Below are positions 1-12,979 of a stretch of DNA of 64,000 bases, piece by piece. The number at the start of each line of letters is the position of its first letter. Positions within the stretch are counted from its first letter, which is position 1. Made by a program: the position numbers and the translations under genes. The notes beneath the pieces were generated by a model that made no database searches, was not told where the DNA came from, and saw only the letters and a program-made list of their open reading frames with translations. This DNA is from an uncultured Verrucomicrobiota bacterium. Lineage in GTDB: Bacteria; Verrucomicrobiota; Verrucomicrobiia; Limisphaerales; UBA9464. Location of the stretch: assembly GCA_903922605.1 (NCBI GenBank), contig CAIXUG010000080.1:7526-71525 (forward strand), written 5' to 3'.

Positions 1-55
1 AAAATTTGCGGCATAAGACGATGGCTATAGCCGGTTTTCCGGGGGAATTGCGTGG

Positions 56-805
56 CTACGGCGGATTGAAGTTCCCCGTGTTGGTCCGCCAGTACTGCGT
101 CACCGCCCAGTAATTGATCGGCGCCAGTGACCGACCATACTTGAGGTACCGGGAGCTGCCGTCGGCGAAGGCGTAGTTTGAGCCGGTGCCGTGGGTGCTG
201 CCGATGCGGCCGTGGCGGCCATGCTCCAGCTCCTCGATGTCATCGCCCAGCTTGCCGTCGAGGAGGTCCATGTGGAAATGCCCGTGCAGCTTGTCGGAAC
301 GCTTCTCCCCGAAAACAATCGTGTCGGAAGGTTCCTGCACCGCTGATTCCGGCACCGACAGCACGACGGTGTGGGCCATGTAGCTCGTAAAATCAGCCGC
401 GCTGAGGGAGTCCTTAAAGTAATCGTTCCATCCGTTCATGATGTAGCTCCGGGGGGAGTTGTCGGCGACGTCGTTCGTGTTGGCGGAGCCGAACGTGTAC
501 GGATTCGGCACGTCACTCAGGCAGCGCAGGACATTGGTCGCCTGATAGACGGGGCGCAGGAGGGTCGGCCAGGCCGGTTGATAGGTCCGGGGGACATATT
601 TTCCGCTGTGATCGCCCGTGTAGATGGCGTGCGCCAGGCCGAGCTGATGCAGGTTGTTCACGCAGGCGATGCGCTTGGCCGATTCCTTCGCCCCGGCGAG
701 GGAGGGCAGGAGCATCCCCGCCAGAATCGCGATGATTGCAATGACCACCAGCAGCTCGATGAGCGTGAAGGCGCGCCGGTGGCAGAGCTGATACCGGGTG
801 AACAT
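56..805 (-). CDS. Prepilin-type N-terminal cleavage/methylation domain protein with H-X9-DG motif (DUF1559-like PVC pseudopilin)
   Basis: [25 protein letters not shown] class III signal, [11 protein letters not shown] and C-terminal GSNYAFADG. Start trimmed to the ATG at 805 (MFTRYQL). Confidence 0.9.
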   Translation of the reverse strand: MFTRYQLCHRRAFTLIELLVVIAIIAILAGMLLPSLAGAKESAKRIACVNNLHQLGLAHAIYTGDHSGKYVPRTYQPAWPTLLRPVYQATNVLRCLSDVPNPYTFGSANTNDVADNSPRSYIMNGWNDYFKDSLSAADFTSYMAHTVVLSVPESAVQEPSDTIVFGEKRSDKLHGHFHMDLLDGKLGDDIEELEHGRHGRIGSTHGTGSNYAFADGSSRYLKYGRSLAPINYWAVTQYWRTNTGNFNPP

Positions 806-923
806 GGTCGAGTCTGGACGCAACCCGGCGCAGAAAGCTTCAAAAATAACTCCGAAGATTCCGTCGCTTCCCGGCGTCATAAGCGCGTTCCTGAAAGCAC
901 CTTGGCTCCAACCGACGACCTTT

Positions 924-2743
<1,820 letters not shown>

Positions 2744-2747
<4 letters not shown>

Positions 2748-4228
2748 GCCTGGACCCCATCGATATTGCCCGGATCACGCGCCGCGACTTCCTCGTGAAC
2801 GCCGCGCGCGGCGTCGGCGGGCTGGCGTTCGCCTCGCTGCTGGGCCGCGATGGACTGCTCGCCGCCGGTGCGGGACTCCCCGGCGCGGTGCCGGCCGCTC
2901 ACCTGCCCCACTTCGCTGCGCGCGCCAAGAACTGCATCTTCCTCTACATGGAAGGCGGCGTCAGCCAGGTGGACCTGTTTGACCCGAAGCCCAAGCTCAA
3001 CGAGCTGCACGGCCAGAAGCTGCCCGAATCGTTCACCAAGAACGTCCGCTTCGCCTTCATCCAGAAGGACAGTGCCGTGCTGCTGGGCTCGCCGAATCCC
3101 TTCCGCCGCTATGGCCAGTGCGGCCACGAGATGAGCGGGCTGCTGCCCAACATCGGCCGCCACGCCGATGACATCGCGCTCGTGCGCTCCATGCACACCG
3201 AGGCGTTCAACCATCATCCGGGCGAGCTGCTGATGTATTCGGGCTCAATGTCCCTCGGCCGTCCCAGCGTGGGCTCTTGGATCAACTATGCGCTGGGCAG
3301 CCCGTCGCAGAACCTGCCGGGCTACGTCGTGCTCACGGCGGGCCGTGCGCCCAGCGGCGGGAACACGATGTTCAGCAGCGGCTTCCTGCCCTCCAACTTC
3401 GCCGGTGTGCCCTTCCGCGCCCAGGGCGAGCCGGTGCAGGATCTCAACACCCCCGCCGAACTCAGCCCCGAGGCGCGCCACCTCGGGCTGGAAGCCCTGC
3501 GCGACCTGAACGCGCTCCGGCAGAAAGCCGTGGGTGATCCCGAAATCGCCTCGCGCATCGCGAGCTACGAGCTGGCCGCCCGCATGCAGGTCGCCGCGCC
3601 GGAACTGACCGACCTCTCGCGCGAACCGGAGGCCCTCCGCGCTGCCTACGGCGTGGAGCGCGCTGCCGGCGGTCTGAAAACCCAGCGCGGCGGCGGTCCC
3701 GACGCCTTCAAGACCTTCGCGAAGAACTGCCTGCTGGCCCGGCGCATGGTGGAACGCGGCGTCCGGTTCGTGGCCATTCACCACGCCTCCTGGGACCATC
3801 ACAACGACCTGGAATCCGATATGCAGTTCAACTGCCGCGTGGTGGACCAGCCCGTCGGCGCATTGCTTGCCGACCTCAAGCAGCGTGGCCTGCTCGATGA
3901 GACGCTCGTCATCTGGGCCAGCGAGTTCGGTCGCACCCCGTTGGGCGAAAACCGGCCGGGCTTCGCCAAGGTCAGCGGGCGCGACCACCATCCCTTCGCC
4001 TACAGCATGTGGATGGCCGGCGGCGGCATCCGGGGTGGCCAAGTGATCGGAAGCACGGATGAAATTGGCTGGAACGTCGCGAGCGAACCGGTTCACGTAC
4101 ATGACTTCCACGCGACGATGCTGCACCTCTTTGGCCTCAATCATGAGAAACTCACCTACCGTCATCAGGGCCGGGACTTCCGCCTGACGGATGTGGCCGG
4201 GGAGGTCGTGGGCAAGCTGATCGCCTGA
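2744..4228 (+). CDS. DUF1501 family protein (Tat signal)
   Basis: TRRDFL Tat motif, AKNCIFLYMEGGVSQVDLFDPKP, WDHH, SEFGRTP, GRDHHP, RDFRLTDV. 4-bp ATGA overlap with the upstream gene. Confidence 0.92.
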
Positions 4229-4359
4229 AGGACAGGATTGGGTTGAACACGGTGACCCAAAAAAACTTCCAATTCCCCGGTTCCGGGGCTTGCCACGTCG
4301 CCCGAATAAGGCGAAAAGATGGACCGTAAAGTTCCCCGAAACGTGTCCCTGAGAAGAAT

Positions 4360-5721
4360 ATGCTGAACATTCTTGGACCCAAGCCCGCCCACAGCGGTTT
4401 CTGCGATGGCGTGTCGCGGCGCAATTTCCTGCGCATCGGCGCGCTTGGACTCGGCGGACTCGCGCTGCCGCAGCTGCTGGGCGCCGAGGCGGCGGCGGGC
4501 ATCCGCTCCGCCGGTAACCAGCACAAGGCGGTCATCATGATTTTCCTGCCGGGCGGCCCGAGCCATCAGGACATTTTTGACCTGAAGCAGGACGCCCCGT
4601 CCGAGATTCGTGGCGAGTTCAAGCCCATCGCCACAAACGTCCCTGGCATCCAGATTTGCGAACACCTGCCCAGGCTGGCGCAGATGGCGGACAAGTATTC
4701 CCTGATCCGCTCGATCGTCGGCTGCAACGGCGATCACTACGCGGTTCAATGCGTCACCGGTCGGGACAGCCGGAACATGCCGCCGGGCGGATGGCCGGCG
4801 CTGGGCTCAGTGCTCTCCCGACTGCAGGGCGCGGTCGATCCTTCGATACCGCCATTTGTCGGCCTCGCGCCCAAGATGGGCCACGAGGAATGGTCGGAGA
4901 ACGGCAAGCCCGGCTTCCTCGGGGTCGGCCATGCGCCCTTCCAGCCGAACAAGGGCGGCGGCGCGGAGGACATGACGCTCAAAGGTCTCACGCTCGACCG
5001 CCTCTCGGATCGTCGCGCCCTGCTCAAGAGCCTCGACCAGTTCCGTCGTGATGCCGATTCGACTGGCATGATGGACGGCCTCGATGCCTTCAACCAGCAG
5101 GCCTTCGGCATCCTCACCTCCAGCAAGCTGGCGGACGCCCTCGATCTCAAGAAGGAAGACCCGCGAATCATCGAAAGCTACGGCAAAGGCGACCCCCACA
5201 ATCGCGACGACGGCGGCCCGAAGCTGATGGAGCACTTCCTCGTCGCCCGGCGGCTCGTCGAGGCCGGCGCGCGCTGCGTCACCCTCGCCTTCAGCCGCTG
5301 GGACCATCACGGCGACAACTTCGGCGCGTTGCGCCAGGACCTGCCCCTGCTCGATCAGGGGCTCAGCGCGCTCATCCGTGACCTGCACGAGCGCGGTCTC
5401 GACAAGGACGTGAGCGTGGTCGTGTGGGGTGAGTTCGGCCGTTCCCCGACCATCAACAAGGATGCCGGCCGCGAGCATTGGCCCCGCGTGAGCTGCGCGC
5501 TCGTGGCGGGCGGCGGCATGAAGCATGGCCAGATCATCGGCGCGACCGACCGGCTGGGCGGCGAGGCGGTGGAACGCCCGGTACAGTTCGGTGAGGTTTT
5601 CGCGACGCTTTACCAGTCGCTCGGCTTGGATGTGAACAAGATCACGATCCCCGACCTCACCGGCCGCCCGCAGTTCCTCGTGGACAACGGCTACCAGCCG
5701 ATGAAGGAGCTGGTGGGATGA
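4360..5721 (+). CDS. DUF1501 family protein (Tat signal)
   Basis: [43 protein letters not shown]. Confidence 0.92.
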   Translation: MLNILGPKPAHSGFCDGVSRRNFLRIGALGLGGLALPQLLGAEAAAGIRSAGNQHKAVIMIFLPGGPSHQDIFDLKQDAPSEIRGEFKPIATNVPGIQICEHLPRLAQMADKYSLIRSIVGCNGDHYAVQCVTGRDSRNMPPGGWPALGSVLSRLQGAVDPSIPPFVGLAPKMGHEEWSENGKPGFLGVGHAPFQPNKGGGAEDMTLKGLTLDRLSDRRALLKSLDQFRRDADSTGMMDGLDAFNQQAFGILTSSKLADALDLKKEDPRIIESYGKGDPHNRDDGGPKLMEHFLVARRLVEAGARCVTLAFSRWDHHGDNFGALRQDLPLLDQGLSALIRDLHERGLDKDVSVVVWGEFGRSPTINKDAGREHWPRVSCALVAGGGMKHGQIIGATDRLGGEAVERPVQFGEVFATLYQSLGLDVNKITIPDLTGRPQFLVDNGYQPMKELVG

Positions 5722-5774
5722 GAATGCTTTCCGCTACGAACCCAGTTCCATAGTCACGCCCAAATCATGATCTT

Positions 5775-6419
5775 ATGAAAACCCCGTTCGCCCTGTTGCC
5801 GGTGAGTGGCCTGTTCGTTTTCACGTCCGCCGCGGCGATTTTCAGCGATACGTTTGATTCCACGCCTTCAGGGCTATGGGGCAATGAGGTGGGGAACTGG
5901 ACCGCTTCGGGCGGGGTTTATTACGCGCAGGCGCCGAACAACGCTCCGCCCACCTATTCGAGTCTCCCCTTCAATCTTCAGGATTTCAGCATCGACCTGG
6001 ACATCAACCATGTTCAGGACGGCGGCGTATGGCTCCGCAGCAGCGACAATCAGAATGGCATCCTGCTCGTGACCGGCGCCGCCGCCAACGGGCTCTATTG
6101 GCATGTGATTTCTGGCGGAGTGGTCTCGCCCCGATTGAATATCGCCAGCGGACTGTTTACGGACGGGGTCAGCGACGCCCACTTGCACATCACGGTTTCC
6201 GGCGACACCTATTCGGTCTTCGTCAACGGGGCCCTGACGCCGGCAACCACCCTGACCGACAGCACTTTCAGCAGCGGCAAGATCGCCCTCTACGATTTCA
6301 GCCCCCAGACCTTCGACAACGTGACGGTTGTTCCTGAACCCTCGTCCTTGTTCATTGCCTCCCTGTTGCTGCTGGGTTGCGGTGCGTGGCGGGCAGTTCG
6401 CGGCCACAGGCCTTTGTAG
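5775..6419 (+). CDS. PEP-CTERM sorting domain protein with probable beta-sandwich (ConA/DUF1080-like) domain
   Basis: N-terminal signal peptide. C-terminal VPEPSS followed by a hydrophobic helix and a basic tail. Confidence 0.85.
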   Translation: MKTPFALLPVSGLFVFTSAAAIFSDTFDSTPSGLWGNEVGNWTASGGVYYAQAPNNAPPTYSSLPFNLQDFSIDLDINHVQDGGVWLRSSDNQNGILLVTGAAANGLYWHVISGGVVSPRLNIASGLFTDGVSDAHLHITVSGDTYSVFVNGALTPATTLTDSTFSSGKIALYDFSPQTFDNVTVVPEPSSLFIASLLLLGCGAWRAVRGHRPL

Positions 6420-6430
6420 TTCGATCCACC

Positions 6431-7768
<1,338 letters not shown>

Positions 7769-7784
7769 CCTGTCTTTCCTCGCC

Positions 7785-9128
7785 ATGCTGACGATCCCCG
7801 GCAGCGCCCATCGCCCTTTTTGCGATGGTCATTCGCGGCGCGACTTCCTGCGCATCGGCGGACTGGCAATGGGCGGGCTGGCCCTGCCGCAGCTCCTCCA
7901 GGCCGAGCAGCTTTCGGGCATCCGCAAGTCGCACAAGGCGGTGATCATGATCTATCTGGTCGGCGCACCGCCGCACCAGGACATGTTTGACCTGAAGATG
8001 GATGCACCGCTGGAGATCCGCGGCCCGCACAAGCCGCGCGCGACGAACGTGCCCGGCATCGAGATCTCGGAGCACATGCCGTACTGCGCTCGGATCATGG
8101 ACAAGCTCGTCCCGATCCGCACGATGTACGGCTCGCCCAGCGGAGACCACGATTCCTTCATCTGCTACACCGGCCGCCCGGTGCCGAATCAGCCGCCCGG
8201 CGGCTGGCCTTCCCTCGGCTCGACGCTCTCGAAACTGCAGGGCCCGACCGATCCGACGATTCCCGCCTTCGTCGGCCTGGCGCCCAAGGCCGGCCATCCG
8301 CCTTACGGTTCGCCGGGGCATCCCGGCTTCCTGGGCCCGACGCACACAGCGTTCCGTCCCAACGGCCCCGGCATGGAGGACCTGAAGCTCAACGGCGTCT
8401 CACTCGACCGCCTCAGTGACCGCCGTGCCCTGCTCGCGGGCTTTGACCGGTTTCGCCGCGACATGGACAGCAGCGGCGTGGTCGAAAGCCTGGATGCATT
8501 CAATCAGGAGGCCTTCAACATTCTGACCTCGAGCAAGCTCCTGGAGGCACTGGACGTGAGCCGCGAACCCGCGAAGGTCCGCGAGCGCTACGGCAAGGGT
8601 GACCCGAAGAACTACGGTGACGGCGCGCCCCGCAACTGCGAGCAGTTCCTCGTCGCCCGCCGCCTCGTCGAGGCCGGCGCGCGCTGCGTGACACTGAATT
8701 TCGGGCGCTGGGATTTCCACAGCAACAACCACAGCGAACTGCTCACGCATCTGCCGCTCTTCGACCAGGCCATGAGCGCACTCGTCGAGGATCTGCATGA
8801 GCGCGGATTGGACAAGGATGTGGCGGTGGTGGCCTGGGGCGAGTTCGGACGCACGCCGCAGATCAATGCCGACGCGGGCCGCGACCACTGGCCCCAGCTC
8901 GGCTGCGCGCTCCTGGCCGGCGGCGGCATGGGTACCGGCCAGGTGATCGGCGCGACCGACCGTCTCGGTGGTGAAATCGCCGAACGCGGCGTCCATTTCG
9001 GCGAAGTCTTCGCCACACTGTATAACCAGCTCGGCCTCGACACGGCTCAGGTAACGTTGCCGGATCTCGCCGGTCGTCCGCACTATCTCGTGGATGGCTG
9101 GCAGCCCATGAAGGAACTGGTCGGATGA
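7785..9128 (+). CDS. DUF1501 family protein (Tat signal)
   Basis: FCDGHSRRDFLRIG, GAPPHQDMFDLK, WDFH, GEFGRTP, GRDHWP. Confidence 0.92.
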   Translation: MLTIPGSAHRPFCDGHSRRDFLRIGGLAMGGLALPQLLQAEQLSGIRKSHKAVIMIYLVGAPPHQDMFDLKMDAPLEIRGPHKPRATNVPGIEISEHMPYCARIMDKLVPIRTMYGSPSGDHDSFICYTGRPVPNQPPGGWPSLGSTLSKLQGPTDPTIPAFVGLAPKAGHPPYGSPGHPGFLGPTHTAFRPNGPGMEDLKLNGVSLDRLSDRRALLAGFDRFRRDMDSSGVVESLDAFNQEAFNILTSSKLLEALDVSREPAKVRERYGKGDPKNYGDGAPRNCEQFLVARRLVEAGARCVTLNFGRWDFHSNNHSELLTHLPLFDQAMSALVEDLHERGLDKDVAVVAWGEFGRTPQINADAGRDHWPQLGCALLAGGGMGTGQVIGATDRLGGEIAERGVHFGEVFATLYNQLGLDTAQVTLPDLAGRPHYLVDGWQPMKELVG

Positions 9129-9193
9129 AGCAGAGGATGAACAACCAAGATGCGAAGGCGCGAAGAAGGGACGGGAGTATACCAAGGCAAAGC

Positions 9194-9456
9194 TTCCAGC
9201 ACCCCTCCGGGGTGCGAAGACATAGTCCGCCCGTTCCGGGGGCGTTGCCCCCGGCTAAGTTCCTGTGCGCCTCCGGCGCGAAGCAGGGCATGTCCAAGCA
9301 AGCATCCAATACTTTCAGAGTAATTACGGTGTTTTCCGGTTCACACATCTTCCGACCTGATTTTCTTCGGCCCGGAGGGCCAATGGAACTTAGCCCCGGG
9401 CAGCGCCCGGGGTTCGATGCCCCCTCTCTGATTTGCACCCCGGACGGGTGCTGGAA
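9194..9456. repeat. REP/MITE-like inverted-repeat doublet
   Basis: ttccagcacccctccggggtgc (9194-9215) is the reverse complement, with 1 mismatch, of gcaccccggacgggtgctggaa (9435-9456). Inner arms ccggctaagttcc / ggaacttagcccc also pair, and each arm has its own palindromes. Confidence 0.8.
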
Positions 9457-9474
9457 CCATTCCCCTTTTCTGCC

Positions 9475-11961
9475 ATGACCCGTCCGATCACACGTCTTTC
9501 CTTCGCGCCTTTGCGCCTTTGCTGTTTTCTCCTCGGCGCTCTGGCTCTGCACATGCACGCCCACGCATTGACGATCCAGTTCCGCAGCGGCGTCACCAAT
9601 CTCGTCCTCAACACCAAGGACGCCCGGCAGCAGTTGCTCGCGACCACCGCCAATGACCTCGACCTCACCCGCGAGGTGACCTGGTCATCCGAACCAGCCG
9701 GCATCGTCAGCATCGACAAGGCCGGTCGGGCTACGCCCGACGCGGACGGTTCGGCCATCATCACCGCCCGGGCCAAGGACGGCACGACCGCGACCTTCCC
9801 GGTGACGGTCACGCACGCGTCTCAGCCCGCGCCGATCCATTTCGCGAACCAGATCGTCCCCATCTTCACCAAAAACGGCTGCAACGGCGGCGGCTGTCAC
9901 GGCAAGGCCGCGGGACAAAATGGCTTCCGTCTCTCGCTGCTCGGCTTCGAGCCGGGGGAGGACTACGAGCATCTCGTCAAGGAAGCGCGCGGACGCCGCC
10001 TCTTCCCGGCCGCGCCCGAACACAGCCTGCTGCTGACCAAGGGCACCGCCCAGTTGCCGCATGGCGGCGGCAAGCGGCTGGAGCCAGCCTCCGACGACTA
10101 CCGGCTGCTCATACGCTGGATTTCCCAGGGCATGCCGGTCGGCCGCGCCGACGCGCCAACGGTCACCCGCATCGAAGTGTTCCCCACCGAACGTACGCTG
10201 CCGCTCAACGCGGAGCAGCAGCTCGTCGTGACCGCCCACTATTCCGATGGTTCGACCGAGGACGTGACGCGCGGCGCGCTGTTCGAGCCGAACGACAAGG
10301 ACATGGCCGCGACCGACGCGTTGGGCCGGGTCAAGGTCTTCAACCAGCCCGGGGAGGTTGCCGTGATGGTCCGCTATCAGGGCAAGGTCGCCACCTTCAG
10401 CGGAACCGTACCCCTCGGCGCTCCGGTGGAGAATCTGCCCCTGGCCCGAACGTTCGTGGATGAGCTGGTTTTCAAGCAGCTCAAGAAGGTCGGTATGCCG
10501 CCGAGTGACGTGGCCGACGACGCCACCTTCATCCGGCGCGTGACCATCGACATCGCCGGTCGCCTGCCCACCCCTCAGGAAGCCGAGGCGCTCGCCAAGG
10601 ATTCCTCGCCGAACAAACGCGACGCCGTCATCGACCGCCTGCTGGCCTCGACCGATTACGCCGACTATTTCGCCAACACCTGGAGCGCGCTGCTCCGCAA
10701 CAAGCGCGCCGACGCCAAGCAGGCGCGCGGCACCTACGCCTTCCACGACTGGATCCGCGAGTCGCTCGTCGCCAACAAGCCCTACGATCAGTTCGCACGG
10801 GAAATTCTGACCGCGTCGGGAGATGTCACCGAAAATCCGCCTGTGGCGTGGTACCGGCAGGTCCGCACCATGCAGGGCCAGCTGGAGGACACGGCCGAAC
10901 TGTTCCTCGGGCTGCGCCTCCAGTGTGCTCAATGCCATCACCACCCTTATGAGCGCTGGAGCCAGGCCGACTACTGGAGCTTCGGCGCGTTCTTCTCACA
11001 GGTCGGCTACAAGACTGGCAGCCAACCAGGTGAGGATATTATCGTCCACAGGCGTGGCACCGCCCAGGCGACGAACAAGAAGAACGGCCAGCAGATGAAG
11101 CCCGCCGGCCTTGGCGAGCCCGCACTCGCGTTGGCGCCCGATGATGACCCGCGCCAGGCGCTCTCCGACTGGCTGACCAAGCCCGACAACCGCTTCTTCG
11201 CCCGCGCCCTGGTGAACCGCTACTGGAAGCACTTCTTCAATCGCGGCCTCGTGGAGCCCGAGGACGACATGCGCGACACCAATCCCGCGACGAATCCGGA
11301 ACTTCTCGACGCACTCGCGGCGAATTTCGTGAAGAGCGGCTACGATCTGAAAGGTCTCGTCCGCACGCTCACGCGCTCGACAGTCTATCAGCTCAGCGCG
11401 ACGCCGAACCAGTACAACGCCCGCGACCGGCACCACTTCGCGCGCTACTATCCGCGCCGCCTTAACGCCGAGGTGCTCTACGACGCCGTCAACACCATGC
11501 TCGCCACGGAGTCAAAGTTCGACGGCCTGCCCGCCGGCACGCGCGCGGTGGCGCTGCCCGACAACAGTTTCAACGCGAGCAGCTATTTCCTCACCGTCTT
11601 CGGCCGGCCGGAGAGCAGCAGCGCTTGCGAATGCGAACGCAGCATGGACGCCTCACTGAGCCAGAGCCTGCACCTGCTCAACGCGAAGGACATCCAGGAC
11701 AAGCTCGCCGCCGATGCCAGCCGCCCGGCCAAACTCGCCTCCGAACCCGCCAAACCGGACGACCTCAAGCTGCGCGACCTCTACCGCCTGGCCTATTCCC
11801 GCGACCCGCAGCCCGAGGAACTCAAGGTTGCCATCGGTTACGTCACGCAAAAGGCCACCGCCGCCAAGGACGACACCGCCAAGACCAAGGCCCGCCGCGA
11901 GGCCTACGAGGACACGCTCTGGGCCCTCCTGAACACGAAGGAATTCCTGTTCAACCATTGA
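9475..11961 (+). CDS. DUF1549/DUF1553 domain protein with Ig-like (Big_2) domains and Cys/His motifs
   Basis: Signal peptide, GCNGGGCHGKAAGQNGFRLSLLGFEP, FIRRVTIDIAGRLPT, CAQCHHHPYERW, SACECER, C-terminal LLNTKEFLFNH. Confidence 0.9.
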   Translation: MTRPITRLSFAPLRLCCFLLGALALHMHAHALTIQFRSGVTNLVLNTKDARQQLLATTANDLDLTREVTWSSEPAGIVSIDKAGRATPDADGSAIITARAKDGTTATFPVTVTHASQPAPIHFANQIVPIFTKNGCNGGGCHGKAAGQNGFRLSLLGFEPGEDYEHLVKEARGRRLFPAAPEHSLLLTKGTAQLPHGGGKRLEPASDDYRLLIRWISQGMPVGRADAPTVTRIEVFPTERTLPLNAEQQLVVTAHYSDGSTEDVTRGALFEPNDKDMAATDALGRVKVFNQPGEVAVMVRYQGKVATFSGTVPLGAPVENLPLARTFVDELVFKQLKKVGMPPSDVADDATFIRRVTIDIAGRLPTPQEAEALAKDSSPNKRDAVIDRLLASTDYADYFANTWSALLRNKRADAKQARGTYAFHDWIRESLVANKPYDQFAREILTASGDVTENPPVAWYRQVRTMQGQLEDTAELFLGLRLQCAQCHHHPYERWSQADYWSFGAFFSQVGYKTGSQPGEDIIVHRRGTAQATNKKNGQQMKPAGLGEPALALAPDDDPRQALSDWLTKPDNRFFARALVNRYWKHFFNRGLVEPEDDMRDTNPATNPELLDALAANFVKSGYDLKGLVRTLTRSTVYQLSATPNQYNARDRHHFARYYPRRLNAEVLYDAVNTMLATESKFDGLPAGTRAVALPDNSFNASSYFLTVFGRPESSSACECERSMDASLSQSLHLLNAKDIQDKLAADASRPAKLASEPAKPDDLKLRDLYRLAYSRDPQPEELKVAIGYVTQKATAAKDDTAKTKARREAYEDTLWALLNTKEFLFNH

Positions 11962-12004
11962 GGTGGCCTCGTCGGGAAGAATCCCTGACAGTAAGGGCGT
12001 AAAC

Positions 12005-12116
12005 GTGCTACCAGCGTCCCGCTGGCAGCGACGAATCCAAGGGCCACCCAAACTTTCGATGTCGAGCCTTATGTGTCGGCCCCGGGTGGCCCCTGCCGGC
12101 AAGATGCCGGTGGCAC
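12005..12116. repeat. REP-like inverted-repeat doublet
   Basis: gtgctaccagcgtcccgctggcag (12005-12028) pairs imperfectly with ctgccggcaagatgccggtggcac (12093-12116). Each arm is itself a hairpin. Confidence 0.7.
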
Positions 12117-12141
12117 ATCGGGCGGCCATCGGCCAATCGGC

Positions 12142-12651
12142 TCACTGCGGACGCTGAATCATCTTGGCGGTCGCCAAAAATTGCTCCACCGAAAGCCGGA
12201 TGATCCGGTCGAAAAATGAGTGCAGAACAACCATGGCAAAAAGGCCGGGTTTCCCGGCGCTTTCCGGGGCACGTTGTTCCTGAAATTCGGCCAGATAGTG
12301 AATGAGCACCGTACGCAGCGCGCCAATTTCCCGGATCAGCTGGGCGATGTCGTAATGCTGTTCCCACCGGATATGTCCGTGATAGGCGGCAAACCGCGCC
12401 GACTGCTCCTTGATCTCGTGGTTGAACGCATCGGTGAGGGTGCGGTTCAGGTCATCGAGAATGTTGGGAATGTGGTCCCTGAGCTGGTTAGGCGTCAGAC
12501 CATCCGTGGCAGGCAGCATCTCATGCTCCTGAATCCCAACCATCCACTCAGACAGTATCTGATGCCGGCGGTCGGCCAGAAAATTGGAAAGGCTGCAGCC
12601 GACGATCTGCTGCTCAGGCGATGGCTCGGGTATGCTGATCATCATGGGCAT
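12142..12651 (-). CDS. Stand-alone RsbRD_N-like helical domain protein
   Basis: FLADRRHQILSEW...QLRDHIPNILDDL...AAYHGHIRWEQHYDIAQLIREIGALR resembles the RsbRD N-terminal-type domain seen in PVC histidine kinases. The upstream extension in the ORF track is antisense to the next gene. Confidence 0.7.
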   Translation of the reverse strand: MPMMISIPEPSPEQQIVGCSLSNFLADRRHQILSEWMVGIQEHEMLPATDGLTPNQLRDHIPNILDDLNRTLTDAFNHEIKEQSARFAAYHGHIRWEQHYDIAQLIREIGALRTVLIHYLAEFQEQRAPESAGKPGLFAMVVLHSFFDRIIRLSVEQFLATAKMIQRPQ

Positions 12652-12979
12652 GTTCAGGTGAAAATTCCGATTTCCGTCTAGGTTTACGATGCTGCTTCGG
12701 TCCGATCGATTTTCAAGGGGTTTTGTCGGCCGCCACGCGGTTTGATCGGGTCGCAAACGAATTTCGCCGCCGTATCCCCCATCTCTCCCCGCATAACCCT
12801 TTCGCGCGGCTGGACACGCGGGCAACTGAACCCGCAGAATTTCGCCACAGCTCCTGCAACATCCCGAATTTGACCGGCCGTCAGAGCGTCTTGCTCTGTC
12901 TCCCGGGCCCTCCACGCGAGCTTGAATTCGACGATGGCAACGGAGCCGGACAACCGGCCCCGGGAACTGATTGAATCTG

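Noticed and set aside
9125-9478. 117-aa ORF between DUF1501 and DUF1553 genes
   Set aside because: It is a translation of the REP-like inverted repeats and has no protein-like features.
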